The notes beneath the pieces are model-generated. The model was not told the origin of the DNA, ran no database searches, and worked only from the letters and a program-made list of their open reading frames with translations. A stretch of DNA of 64,000 nucleotides from the human T2T-CHM13v2.0 reference genome, Homo sapiens. The position numbers and the translations under genes were made by a program. Location of the stretch: assembly GCF_009914755.1 (NCBI RefSeq), contig NC_060937.1; one strand, given 5' to 3'. Within the stretch, counting starts at the first letter, position 1. Each line of letters begins with the position of its first letter. Positions 26,497 to 38,900 of this stretch are shown here, one piece after another.

Positions 26497-27730
26497 TCAG
26501 TCTTCAGCTGCTAAGCCGAGAAGATCTGGGAAGGAGTCAGTCAGAGAGGCTTGGGCCAGAGTTCCAGGGGCTCTGGGAGTGGCTGCCAGATGAGTTGAAC
26601 AGTCCGATTTTCAGTGGGGTCCTGCACAGATGGGACGCAGCTTAGGACGAATCCCGGGCTGCGGGCATTCCTTGGCCTCATGGCCAGATTTCTGGCACTT
26701 GTAGCAAGCCCCTGGGGGAGGCAGGCCTGGAGGAATGCCTGGCCACTGCGATTTAGGCGTTTGGAACTTCTTGTGTGCTGGAGATGTGGGTGGGGTTTGT
26801 CTCACAGTGGAGGCAAGGAAGTGCAACTCAGAAATATGTTGCTACTTGGCTGTCTCTACTCTATTATTGTACACCTTGAAGGCAAGGTTAATTAAGTCCT
26901 GTTGTGAGGTTTGAGGGATGGAACTTAATTTTTGGAGTTTTATTTAATGTCGGGAATGGATTGGGTAATAAAATGAATATTGAGAATAAGACAGCCTTTT
27001 GACCTTTTAGGGTCTAGGGCTGTAAAGCATCTCAGGGTGCTGCCAAACAAGCCATGAACTGGGCTGGGTTTTTATATTTAATGAAAAAGAGCCTAAACGC
27101 TATGTGATTTGGGATAAAGAAAAAGGAGCATTAACCTTGACTATGCCTTTAGCTCCAGCCACCTTTTTAAGAGGAAATTGCTGGGCAGGTGGGGGAGGGC
27201 TAGTCACAGAAGGAAAGTGTAAGCCTGACCAGGTGTGAGGAGGAGAGGTGATAAAAGGATTATAGGGTGGAGGAACGGAGGCTGAGGAAGAATTGGGACC
27301 TAGCTTGGCCTGGTGAGGAGGGGAGAGGTCAGATGGGTCTGTAGAGAAGGAAGATTAGAAAGACTCAGTGACGCTTGGGGTTGGTACTGAGGGGACAGGG
27401 GGGAGGGAAAGAAGGAAGATTTGAGATGAGTTGCACTGGGAACAGAGACTAGAGAGGGACTGATGTGTAAAAGAATGCCTGGACGTCAGGCACCTCAGAC
27501 CGTTTGCCCATTTTACAACAAGAATTATTTAGATTTTGTAGAATGGAAAAATTCAAAGTGCCATTTTCTGGCTGTTTGGAACTACTGTCAAGTTTGTATT
27601 GGGGTCAAATGGCATTGCAGAAAATAAGACACTTAGATTTTAGGTCAGGCGAGAGTTGAAGAGGTTTTAAGTTCTTAAGAACAGAGGCTAAGGGAGAAGA
27701 AGGAGGAATGGAGGGTGGAAGGTTGCCCAT
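26497..27730 (-). pseudogene. gag: HERV-H gag remnant (frameshifted and stopped)
   Basis: MGNLPPSIPPSSPLA start (ATG 27728-27730); CCHC knuckle CYKCQKSGHEAKEC; degenerate second knuckle RPICAGPH; TGA at 26497-26499. Confidence 0.88.
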
Positions 27731-27844
27731 AGTGAAGGAGGCAAGTTTAAAGAGAAGGGTAGGGACACGGAGAAGGGGGGTGGGGAGCAGCCCTGGGCTG
27801 CAACGTAGGTGAGCAGCCAAAGCAGGAGTCCCTGCAATTGACTT

Positions 27845-27965
27845 GCCACCAAGGGAACGTGGGTGAATGATCAAAGGCAGGCGTCCCCGCAGAGATCAGA
27901 CACCAATGGAACGTGGGTGAATAATCAGAGAGGCACCCCCGCAATTATTAAACACCAAGGGAAGG
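27845..27965 (-). repeat. Imperfect ~55-bp tandem repeats in the HERV-H leader
   Basis: CACCAA(G/T)GGAACGTGGGTGAAT(G/A)ATCA recurs twice, plus a partial third CACCAAGGGAA. Confidence 0.75.
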
Positions 27966-28157
27966 CTGCCTCCCCGAGTCCGTGACTGGCGCCGGAGTTT
28001 TGGGTCCACGGATAAAATGTGTCTCCTTTGTCTCTACCAGAAAATGAAAGGAATTGAAATTAAGAGAAGGGAGAGATTGAAGTGTGGCGCCAAGATAGAA
28101 AGGAGAAAGAGGTTGAGGGATAGTGAGGGAGGTTGGAGAAGAGAGTAAAAAGAGGCC

Positions 28158-28166
28158 ACTTACCAG
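28158..28166 (-). promoter_or_regulatory. HERV-H major splice donor
   Basis: Minus strand AAATCTG|GTAAGT about 145 nt downstream of the 5' LTR. Confidence 0.8.
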
Positions 28167-28289
28167 ATTTGAAATTGGTGAGATGTTCCTTGGGCTGGTC
28201 AGTCTGAGGACCTGAGGTCCTAGGTAGATCTTTCTCACGGAGCAAAGAGCAGGAGGACTGGGGATTGATCTCCCAAGGGAGGTACCCCG

Positions 28290-28307
28290 ATCCGAGTCAT
28301 GGCACCA
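28290..28307 (-). other. Primer binding site, tRNA-His
   Basis: TGGTGCCATGACTCGGAT, 17/18 to the His PBS TGGTGCCGTGACTCGGAT, 2 nt after the 5' LTR. Confidence 0.95.
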
Positions 28308-28309
28308 AA

Positions 28310-28709
28310 TTTCATGCGCGTTTGTGTGAAGAGACCACCAAACAGGCTTTGTGTGAGCAACAAGGCTGTTTATTTCACCTGGGTGCAGGCGGGCTGAGTC
28401 CGAAAAGAGAGTCAGCCAAGGGAGACAGGGATAGGGCCGTCTTATAAGATTTGGGTAGGTAAAGGAAAATTACAGTCAAAGGGGGAGCAGGTGTGGGGGT
28501 CAAAAGGCGCTCAGTAGGGGAGCTTTTGAGCCAGGATGAACCAGGAGAAGGAATTTCACAAGATAATGTCATCAGTTAAGGCAGGAACAGACCATTTTCA
28601 CTTCTTTTGTGGTGGAATGTCATCAGTTAAGGCAGGAACTGGCCATCTGGATGTGTACGTGCAGGTCACAGGGGATATGATGGCTTAGCTTGGGCTCAGA
28701 GGCCTGACA
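28310..28709 (-). promoter_or_regulatory. 5' LTR7
   Basis: 400 bp; 13 substitutions and no indels versus the 3' LTR by manual alignment. Confidence 0.98.
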
Positions 28710-29420
28710 GTTTTCCCTTAGGGCTTCTGTCAGGCCAGCATTTTAATATGCTTGACATTTTTGACTTTCCAGTAAATGTTTAAAAGAAATTGTAAACTAA
28801 ATTTAGCTGATGAATGTTGTTCAGTTTTACATTTGTATATTTTATTTACAAGTGACTTTAAAAATATTTTTCAACAGGATTTCAATGATCAGCCTAATGA
28901 CTCATCAATGTGTTTTATGTCAAATAGTACTGGACATCAAGCTGTATCCATCAAATAGTAAAATTCTACTAAAGAATAAAATAACATGACAAATACTTTT
29001 TTAAAAATACCCATCCATGTCGTCTTTAGAAAGACATATTAAACTACAAAATTAACATTAATATAACTAAAACAAGTGACTACTACTTATAGTTGCACTA
29101 TTGAAGGTTTTCATTGGGCATTACATTATCTCTCCTAAATGTTTACTTGTTTACTAATATTTTCAATAAAAAAAACGCTTTTTACTTTGAAATAAATACT
29201 CAAAATCCCTGAATACATGTGTTTGATAATGAGATTCCTTTCTTACAGCTATGTTGCTTTCTCTGTTTCATTTTTTTTCTTTTGCTGTCCTGCTGCCTCC
29301 TTATTAACACTTTTAGGTTTGATATGCATAAATAAGAAAAAGCTCTCCTTTGTTTCTCTCTTTAGCGTCATCAGCAGCTATTGTCACGTTAAGAGTTCTT
29401 CTGGGCCTTCCAAGATGCAT

Positions 29421-29660
29421 AATAATGATAATGATAATAACTTCCATTTATTGAAAACTTACTAAGCACTTCGTGTACTCTTTTGCAAAAACACTGAGAC
29501 ATATAAATCATTAATATACCTTTTAAGAGGCAACTGAGCCTCATAGAGATTAAGCGGCTTGGAATTAAGCAGCTAACTCAGTCATATTTATGGTAAAGGG
29601 CAGAGCCAAGATTCAGATCTAGATAATCTTTATTCCCGTTCTACACTCAGATATTACGCT
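29421..29660 (-). mobile_element. MIR
   Basis: CATTTATTGAAAACTTACT...GGCAACTGAGCCTCATAGAGATTAAG...GGCAGAGCCAAGATTCA. Confidence 0.65.
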
Positions 29661-29915
29661 ATCCTGAGCCCAATAAAACTACTGAATCTCACCATGGTTT
29701 GGGAAGGCAATTCAGTCTCTGTACTGCATCTGTTTTCATTTATGCATAAGATATGTTAGCGTATAACTACTATTGATAAATTTTAACAGGGCCACTCCTC
29801 CTGAGACTTGCTAAGTGATGAACAAGTCAGCAAAGAACACTTTGGGAAAGGTCTCTACTTTCTTATCTCTATGCAATATCAGTGAAGCTCACTCGGTATA
29901 GAAGGGTCAGATGTC

Positions 29916-30178
29916 TGAAAACCAGACACCACATGTTCTCACTCACAGGTGGGAATTGAACAATGAGAAAACTTGGACACAGGGAGGGGAACATCACACA
30001 CCCGGGCCTGTCATGGGGTGGAGGGATCAGGGAGGGATAGCATTAGGAGAAACACCTAATGTAAATGACAAGTTAATGGGTGCAGCAAACCAACACGGCA
30101 CATGTATATATGTGTAACAAACCTGCATGTTGTGCACATGTACCCTAGAATTAAAGTATAATAATAATAAAAAAAAAA
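29916..30178 (+). mobile_element. 5'-truncated L1PA (PA5/PA6-like) 3' end
   Basis: L1 3' UTR with poly(A); perfect 16-bp TSD AGAAGGGTCAGATGTC at 29900-29915 and 30179-30194; inserted in a MIR that continues to about 30360. Confidence 0.96.
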
Positions 30179-30390
30179 AGAAGGGTCAGATGTCCTAGAT
30201 TTGGGTCCTAGGTCTACTGCAAAACTCTTCAAAACCATGGGAGAATGGGCTGCCTCAGTTATAACATCTATAAAATAAAGATAATAATTGCACTTCCTTT
30301 ACATGATCATGGTAAAGATTAAATGTAAAGTTCTTTGAAGAGTACTAGGCACATACTTATCTAAAAAAATTTTACCTGATAGTATTATCA

Positions 30391-30822
30391 CGGTTGACCC
30401 TTGGAATTATGGGTATTGATCCTCTCTCATAGTTGAAAATTCATGTTTAACTTTTGACTTCCCAAAAACTTAACTACAAAGAGCCTACTGTTGACCAGAA
30501 ACCTTACCAAAAACCTAAAAAGTTGATTAACACATATTTTGCATGTTGCGTGTATTATATACTGTATTCTCACAATAACGTCAACTAGAAAAAAGAAAAT
30601 GTTATTAAGAAAACAATAAGGAAGAGAAAATATATTTACTATTCATTAAATGGAAGAGGAATATCATATGGTCATTATCCTCACTGTCTTCACTTTTAGT
30701 AGCCTGAAGAGAAGGAGGAAGATCAGGGTTTGGTCTTGCTGTTTCAGGGGTGGCAGATGGAAGAAACTCCACATATAAATGTACCTTTGCAGTTCTAACC
30801 TGTGTTGTTCAAGGGTGAACTG
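30391..30822. mobile_element. Tigger2a-like (MER28) DNA transposon
   Basis: TIRs CGGTTGACCCTTG ... CAAGGGTGAACTG followed by TA; about 430 bp. Confidence 0.85.
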
Positions 30823-31115
30823 TACTATTATTATCTTGTTTTCATAAAAATTCTCATAGTTGTTCCTCAGAAAGATAACAATAACTAAATTGATATCCAA
30901 AATAAAGTGAATATTTTAGAAATAAAAGAGTAACAATAATAATATGGCATAAGGTTTTTTCTTGGGCACATACTAAATGCTGTGCAATAATCACTTAAAT
31001 GGGAAGAAACTGAGACTTAGAATAAGTAGGTTGTATGTACCTATGAAACCAGTCTGCTTCCTGAACTCAGAAAGGCTTGATGACAATGAACTCCAGGGAG
31101 ACATAGGAGTCCCAC

Positions 31116-31575
31116 TGATGGGGTTCAGGACGTGGTACCCTAAAATATGGCACCTTGGCATCTGAAAAAAACAGTAGAAGTAGGAAGGACACTCTCACCT
31201 TCCCCTGTTCTTCTTTTCTGAAAAAGGTCCTAAAACCTGAGAAGGATTTTCTGACCTTCCCCTGAAGCAGGTCATAGACCCTCATTTTAGAGTCACCCTT
31301 CTTATACCCAGAGAAAACAAGTGTCCTTATCTTTGAAGACAAACAGTCATAGGGAAGAATGTGAACAAACAGTCCTTGCTAAATTTCCCTCTGGTTTATT
31401 ACCATTAGATCACACTCTTTAATCATATTTCTCCATTTTTATACATTCTTCATCAAACCTAGCATAAAAGTCTATACGTTTAATCATTTCTTCAGGTCAT
31501 AATTTTCTTGCAAAGACTCCTGTGTCACATAAAAATTATATTAAAGAAATGTGTATCTTTTCTTATTAATCTTAA
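31116..31575 (+). mobile_element. ERV1 solo LTR (MER31/MER4-group-like), 3' end uncertain
   Basis: TGATGGGGTTCAGGACGTGGTACCCTAAAATATGGCACCTTGGCA start; repeated CTGAAGCAGGTCAT-like units. Confidence 0.7.
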
Positions 31576-33901
31576 ATAATTATAATTTTCTTATTTGTTT
31601 GGCCCACGACCCTTAATCAGTATGGCAATTGCCTAAATCATACGGCAATTTTCAAAGAGACAGAACATCCATTGTTTACTCACCAAGAGCCTTCAGAGAA
31701 ATGCTGACTTAGTTCATTCATGGCAAACTGCATTAAAAACAAACAAATGGCAACAAAAAATAAATTTTATTTTTGACCATGTAAATAAAAATAAATTTTA
31801 TATTTGGACCCCACCTCCAAAATAAAACAGGACTGAAAAAGCTTCTCACATTTTGCTCATGACTAATCTCTCCCAAGGTCCTCGTTTTACTTGTAGAATG
31901 ATAGACCTCTGAAGTTAAATGGAATCTCAGAAATAATCATAAGGAACTTAGTATTTTCTGCAGTAAGGACAGTGGCCCAATGACATTAACTGCCTTTATT
32001 TCTATCCTTACATCTATGCATTTTTACTTAAAAGAAAAGCATTCTTCCTGAGGCTAATGTTGTCTATTTTTGTCTTTCCTATCTGAATTTTTCTTCAGGA
32101 AGAAACAAAGAACAAAAGTGTTTTAGTAAAACTTTCTTATTTATAGCCCACAAAGCCAGTCTTCTTTCACTAATTCATCTTTCTGTTTAGATTCATTCTT
32201 GACTATATTTCTTTTCCACAGGTGTCTGAGGACACACTTCTTACCTCTGAGCTTCTGATCTCAAATCAGCAATGTTGTTTTCTGTGTCTCCCACAGCCCC
32301 TCACCTCCGCTTCTTTATTTGTGCTTTTGGGGAAGCTCTTTTATTTTAGATAGAGTGCTTTATTTTTTCTTTTTCTGCTCACCGTTTGTTAATGTCTGCA
32401 TCCAAATAGCTGGCATTAAAATGTCTGTCTTTGCAGAATGCATTAAACATTATGATATTTTGCACTTTGACCCACTTTGTCCATTCACTACTCCTTTAAA
32501 CCATCTCTGCACATCCAATCTGATGCTTAAGGGCTCTCAAGATTCATAACGACATCTTGTGCTTCTTAGGCACCCTACTTATTTACAACATGGTTTCAGC
32601 ATGTCCATATAAAATAGGCAAATAGCTCACTCCAGAACCGCTTCTCATAATTTAGCTTCACCTTTACACCCAGCTGTCTATCTTCAGTAGAAGTCTATTT
32701 TTTTTCCCTTTTGGCCTCTCTCCTGGCCGTGGGTCTCTAAATGAAATACATAGCATGGCTCAGCTGCCACCATCCTAGTTGTAAAAAATCACACATCTAC
32801 TAGTTAGTCTCTGTTAGCCTTTTGCAAAGAAAGACTTTGTAGAAAATGGATTTTCTAATAGATATATGCCACTTTTTTTTTTAAGTAACAGTTTTTTAAA
32901 AATGCCTTCTGATTACATTTTCTTAGCAAATCACATGCTACTCTATTTCTAAAGTTTTGTAAAAGACTAAATGAAATAATAAAATGATGATTTCTAATGT
33001 GTAAGTCATTTGATACAAGTTAGTAGTCAGGAAGACTATAAATTATTTCAATTGATTGTGATTTAAACAATATTGAGATGAACAGAGATTCTAACATTTA
33101 TTTTGTAACAAAAGATACAGGGATATTCTCTATATTTTGTTAACGAGGCAGTGACCACACAGCTAGCAAGTTGTTGAGCAAAGATTATTATCCTGGTGTT
33201 CTGACTCTTGACCACACAAGACCCGCTCACATAGCAAGGCTAAAAGGTGCCCAGATGCAACATAAGGTGCTTGCATTGCCTCCTCCACATTCTGCTAAAA
33301 CTGCACCAGAACTGGGTAACAGGAGCACCTTTGACATACTCACTGCACTAATCCTTAAATCTCACTATACATTTGCACATGCTCCTAATGCAGGTCTTGA
33401 CAGATAAAAGGAAATATTTTAGATGGGCTTTGAAGCATAAACAAAAGTCTACTTGGTATTAACACAAATAAAAAATAACATTCCAGGCAGAAGTTATAGG
33501 GAATATGAAGTTATCACCAGAAAGGGCATTATAAGGCAACATGCTTGCATTTCCAAATCCAATATCTTTAAGCAAAGTAGAATTCTGTATTAAAATGGAA
33601 ACTCAATCACTAACTTCTGAAAGTGCACATGGCATAATAGCATAGCCACAGAAAGATCCAATCCAATCTCTAGATTCCTCTTATGGATTATTGGGAAATT
33701 GCACAGCCAGAAGCATGAATAAGTAATTTTCAAGTGCTGCTTTCAGTATTTTGTCTGGGAAATATAAAAATCAATCATATTAGAATATCCAAAAGTCCCA
33801 ATTTTAGAGGACTTTATAAACTCTATGAAGTTTACATGAATAATGTCACCAGATCCTTACCACAATCTTGTGAAAAATATTGCTATGATTATTTACTTTG
33901 A

Positions 33902-34180
<279 letters not shown>

Positions 34181-35249
34181 CCAATTGTTAAGATCATGTA
34201 AGTAATTCCTCCTATAACTGGACCTACAAAATAGGTGTTTGGATTCCTTCTCCATTGTTTTAAAAAGTCAGCCAGTTTGTAACATTTCTTAAATGTAAAA
34301 ATTGTTGGAGGTAAGAGATAAACAAAAGAAACTCATTAAAAGAAACCAGCTCTGGCAGAACTGTAAAGACTATTACTGTTTTCACTAACCCAGGATTATT
34401 CATTTTTATGCACACTAGCATTTGTGGGCACTCTTCTATTGCCATTTCGGTTGACACCCTTCTGTTTCATCTTTTAGAAACATACTCTTATCAGGCCTGT
34501 TCTTCAGAGCCTTAGACCTACTGCTCTTTTCCATAACCTGGTTGCCTCCTCAATAAATGCTATCTCTTGACTTCAGAACACCCAAGATATTTACTTATGC
34601 CCCACTGAAATGTACCATCTTCATTTATTTTCTTGGACCACGACTCTGTATATTATCCATGACCCCACCTTGACAGGATGACCCTACATCTTGATATCCC
34701 TGAGGAAATCAGGAATAATGCTTATTTCTGTAGCACAGTTAAAAATTGTGTCCCCTTCACTTTTAAACGTGTCACAGTTTTACAAAATGTATATAGTTAC
34801 CCTTATCTATACTTACTTGTACTAGGTAATCTGATAAATTAATCTATGCTCTTCAGAGAGAATAGAGACAGTATCAAATTATTTTCTTGCCAATGCTCTT
34901 TCAAGAGCCTGCAGTTAAGTGGGTTAGATATATATTTTAATTCTGAACATTAAAAAAAAATCACAAATTTCTATGTTGGTTACTTCAATGCAGGATTTTA
35001 TCTTATTATAAAACAGATATTAGTAACATTTGTCCAAGTTATATTTAGATAAGCATATTTTCAAAATTAGAATGGCTTCCACATTTTCAAACATAATAAA
35101 AAGTCCTTTCTTAGCTGAGATACTTCCTTCACTTGTCTTCTGAGAAATAGTACTCTTCTTGCTTTTTATTTGCTTTACTGTCCAAAACTTCTCAGGATTT
35201 TTGGTGGATATTTTTCCTATTTCTATTGAAATATTTGATTGGGTGCCCC

Positions 35250-36498
35250 AGGAAGCAATCCTTGGAGTATTTTCTGTGTCTGCATAATCTCCCAACATAA
35301 TCTCATTCAATACCATGATTTTATAGAAACTCTATGCAAATAACTCCTCCTTAATTTCAAATTTTTAGAACAAATTGCTACAACATCTCAATTTTCATTC
35401 ATACATTTATTTATGTATTCTCTCACACAACAAACTTTTTTTTTTTGCCTGCTAATAATTCTCACTCACTGTTCTATGTGCTATAACAATGATCAAGACA
35501 GAGTCCTTGCTTTCATGGAGATTTCATTCTGGGAAACTAATAGGGGCCTAAGATATGCCCAAAAACAGAACCCCTGATTCCTCAAACATTCTCACACATG
35601 CAGACATACACATGTACACACACATACACACGTACAGGCATTCATAGACACAAACTTGCATCTTCCCCAACAGTCTTCCACCTCAGGACATCACAATTCA
35701 CCAAATGGCTCAGCAAAAATATTGGATTCATTCCAGACTCCTTTGCTGATGCCCCAAATCCTGTCAGCTTCATATTTAAAATACGTTTTGAATCTCAGCA
35801 GTTCTCATAGCATCCATCTTCACCATTCTAAACCAAGCTTGGAATTTTGCAGTAGCCTTCTTATTGTCCTCCTTGCTTCCACTGGACTTGCTACCATTTA
35901 TTCTCCAGACACGCTAGAATTATATTATTAAATGCAATCCAAATCCTTTCCAAACCCTTCAATAGTTTTCTATAACAGCTGTAAGAAAATATGAATCCTT
36001 TCCCATGCCAGTAGCACTCTGTGTGAGCAACCATGGCCTCTATAACATCTTCTACTATTCATGATCTTTCTCACATCTCTCCAGCTACTCTGCCCTCCTG
36101 GCTGTTCCTTGAACATAACAAACACACTCCTTGTGGCCAATGCATCAATTCCTCCTTGGTCTCAAATACTCATCCCCCCCGATATTTGCATGGCTCACCG
36201 CTTAATTCAGGTTACTGCAGGGATTACCTCCAGAGAAAGGCCTTCATGGATTTTCTGGCCTAAAACAGCTTCTTACTCACCTACACCCCCTCAATCTATT
36301 ATCAAGTTTCGTTTAGCCTTTGTTCCTAAACTATTATAAATATACACTATATTTTGGTATTGATTTTCTGACACTCTACTGGGATGTTGCTACCACAGTA
36401 GAAGAAACTTCAGTGATAACTGCCTTCTCTCAAGCTCTGGAAAAGTATTTGTCATGCAAACTGAGATCAACTAAGATCTGATAAATAAATAAATGAAT
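35250..36498 (+). mobile_element. L2a region, with an antisense L2 3' fragment at about 35390-35540
   Basis: CCAGCTACTCTGCCCTCCTGGCTGTTCCTTGAACA L2 motif; ends GATAAATAAATAAATGAAT. Confidence 0.6.
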
Positions 36499-36643
36499 TT
36501 ATTAAAGCAATCCTAATGATCTCTGCCTCACAGGACTTTACACAGAGGTGGCTCTGGCATGAAATAAAATCCCAAGCTCAATGATGGACAAACATACACT
36601 AACAAGTGTAAAGTGTCTTCCAAGGCTTTTTTTCTTGACTTAA

Positions 36644-37011
<368 letters not shown>

Positions 37012-38519
37012 TAATCTAAGTTACTTGATCTCTACCTTTATTTCCTCTAAAGTTTTATTGACCTTGTAGAGCCATTGTGAGAATTACATGACATAATACA
37101 ATTTAAATTCTTAGAATTTTGCTTGGCACATTGTAAATGTGTACTACATTTATTTTCATTCTTTTTTTGTCTCATTCACTTATTGTAGTATTTAGTGGGT
37201 GATATATCACATTTTTCTATATTCCTCTTCCCCGCTGATCTTCAGTGACACTTAGTCAATGAGACAGAATGTTTAGAAGATATCACTAACTCAAATACCA
37301 TGTGATTGTTTTGTGTGAGGAAATAATATCCGGGCACTATACTAATCCTGTGGAAGATGGGCACAGTATGGCTTTCATTTTAAATGGCCTACAGTGCTTT
37401 TGCCCCTAGTAGAAATGAGATAATGCTAGGTGAGCTGTTAAATGCTCAGTGAATCTCCGATGAATCAAATTATATTAATCATGGTCTTTTTCTGCCTCCA
37501 GATACACTAACAGATGCAGGGAGGCTCGCCATATGAGATTTTTGGCTTTATTCTCTTATGAATCTCTTCTTAGTCTTTTTGTCATTTTCCCCTCCTCACC
37601 TTTTAGCTTTGCAGGCCTGAAATTGCAAGTTCAGCTGCTTTGGAACAGGTGGATTAGTGGTAGTTTTATGGAACATGTGGCTAATGGTGTCCTTATACGT
37701 GGGATGTTTGATTTGTCTAAAAGAGAGATTGCTGTTGCTTTTCCTACAGCTGCTTCTCTTCTCCCTTTAACTTCGATATCTCAGGAGGAAGAAGCAGGGA
37801 GTAATAACAAATTATTTTATCCCCTTCATCTTGAATAGCAAGATTTTATAACAAACTAACTGAACTCTGCCCTTTCCCATCCTATCTGGAAAGAAAAAAA
37901 AAATTAAAAATACTGATGAAATCAGTTGAGTATTTTAATCACATAAGAGATGTAATTTTCAGTCAGAATTTCCTTACTCTGGTATCATCATTTGGAACTA
38001 AGCCATCATTTACTTCTACTGCTAATACAGCAATAATAGTGGTGATAATGGTAAAAAAAGTAAAGAGAAGGCATGGATTCAACAGGGACTTCAAAACTGG
38101 CTGAAGTCCTGTTGAATCTTCTTAGTCATCTCCTCCATCCCCTCCTGGAAGAGCCACCATAGCCATCACAGCCTCATCTTTCATTGTTTCTTTCCAAGCA
38201 AAGGGCTAGGAGAGAGTGTGACATCTCCAGCAAGGATCACTTTAGAGAAAGTTACAGGAATTTTTAAGGCCTAACTTTTTGCTTCAAGGTGCCAAGATTC
38301 CAAATGGATTTGCCTTCAATTATATGACATCACAGTGACAAACTGAAGTTTGGTTTACCAGACCAACAGCTCCTCACAGAATAAGATTATATCTTTTATT
38401 TCTGCACCTTGGATATCTCTGTTGTCATCTCTAAGAGTTTACTGAATAAAAATTGGATGGACATTCTAACAGATGCAGGGAGGCTCAACCCATGAGAGAC
38501 CACCATTTTCTCTGCCCTG

Positions 38520-38900
38520 GCTCTGACTCTGATGTAATCTTAAGATCTGTTCACTCTTCTCCAAGTCATTGCTATGAACCTAGTTCAGGCCTTTCATCAT
38601 CTCTCACCTGGTTTACTCCCCCAACTTGATAACTGGGAACTATTCCTTCTGTTCTGATCATGTATCCCTTTCTGAATCCCTGTGCCCTTTTCTGTACTGC
38701 AAACAAAATTATGTTTCTAATATGAAAATTTGATCAGGACACTTTCCACTTAAAACTGACCAATGGCTTTTTATGTCTCTTGGTTTAAAGTCCAGATTTT
38801 AGTTCGCGCATTTGGTTTGTCATGTCCAACATGACGCAGCTGTGCTAAATCTACAGCATTGTCTCTTCCCACCGTCACTTTTGTAGGATGTGATCCAGCC
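38520..38900 (+). mobile_element. L2 fragment
   Basis: CTAGTTCAGGCCTTTCATCATCTCTCACCTGG...CCACTTAAAACTGACCAATGGCTT. Confidence 0.6.

Larger units (their letters stand above)
22966..28709 (-). mobile_element. HERV-H provirus (LTR7-HERVH-int-LTR7), env-deleted ~5.7-kb type
   Basis: Two 400-bp LTRs, His PBS, PPT, gag/pro/RT/RNase H/IN remnants. TSD GTTT at 22962-22965 and 28710-28713 (or 5-bp GTTTT if one T was lost from the run). Confidence 0.99.

Noticed and set aside
27845-27965. Repeat-spacer-like pattern suggestive of CRISPR
   Set aside because: Imperfect tandem repeats within the HERV-H leader of a primate genome; no unique spacers and no cas genes.
32195-32300. Two strong + strand acceptor-like sites (CTTTTCCACAG, GTCTCCCACAG)
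   Set aside because: No good donor at exon distance; pyrimidine-rich context makes chance likely.
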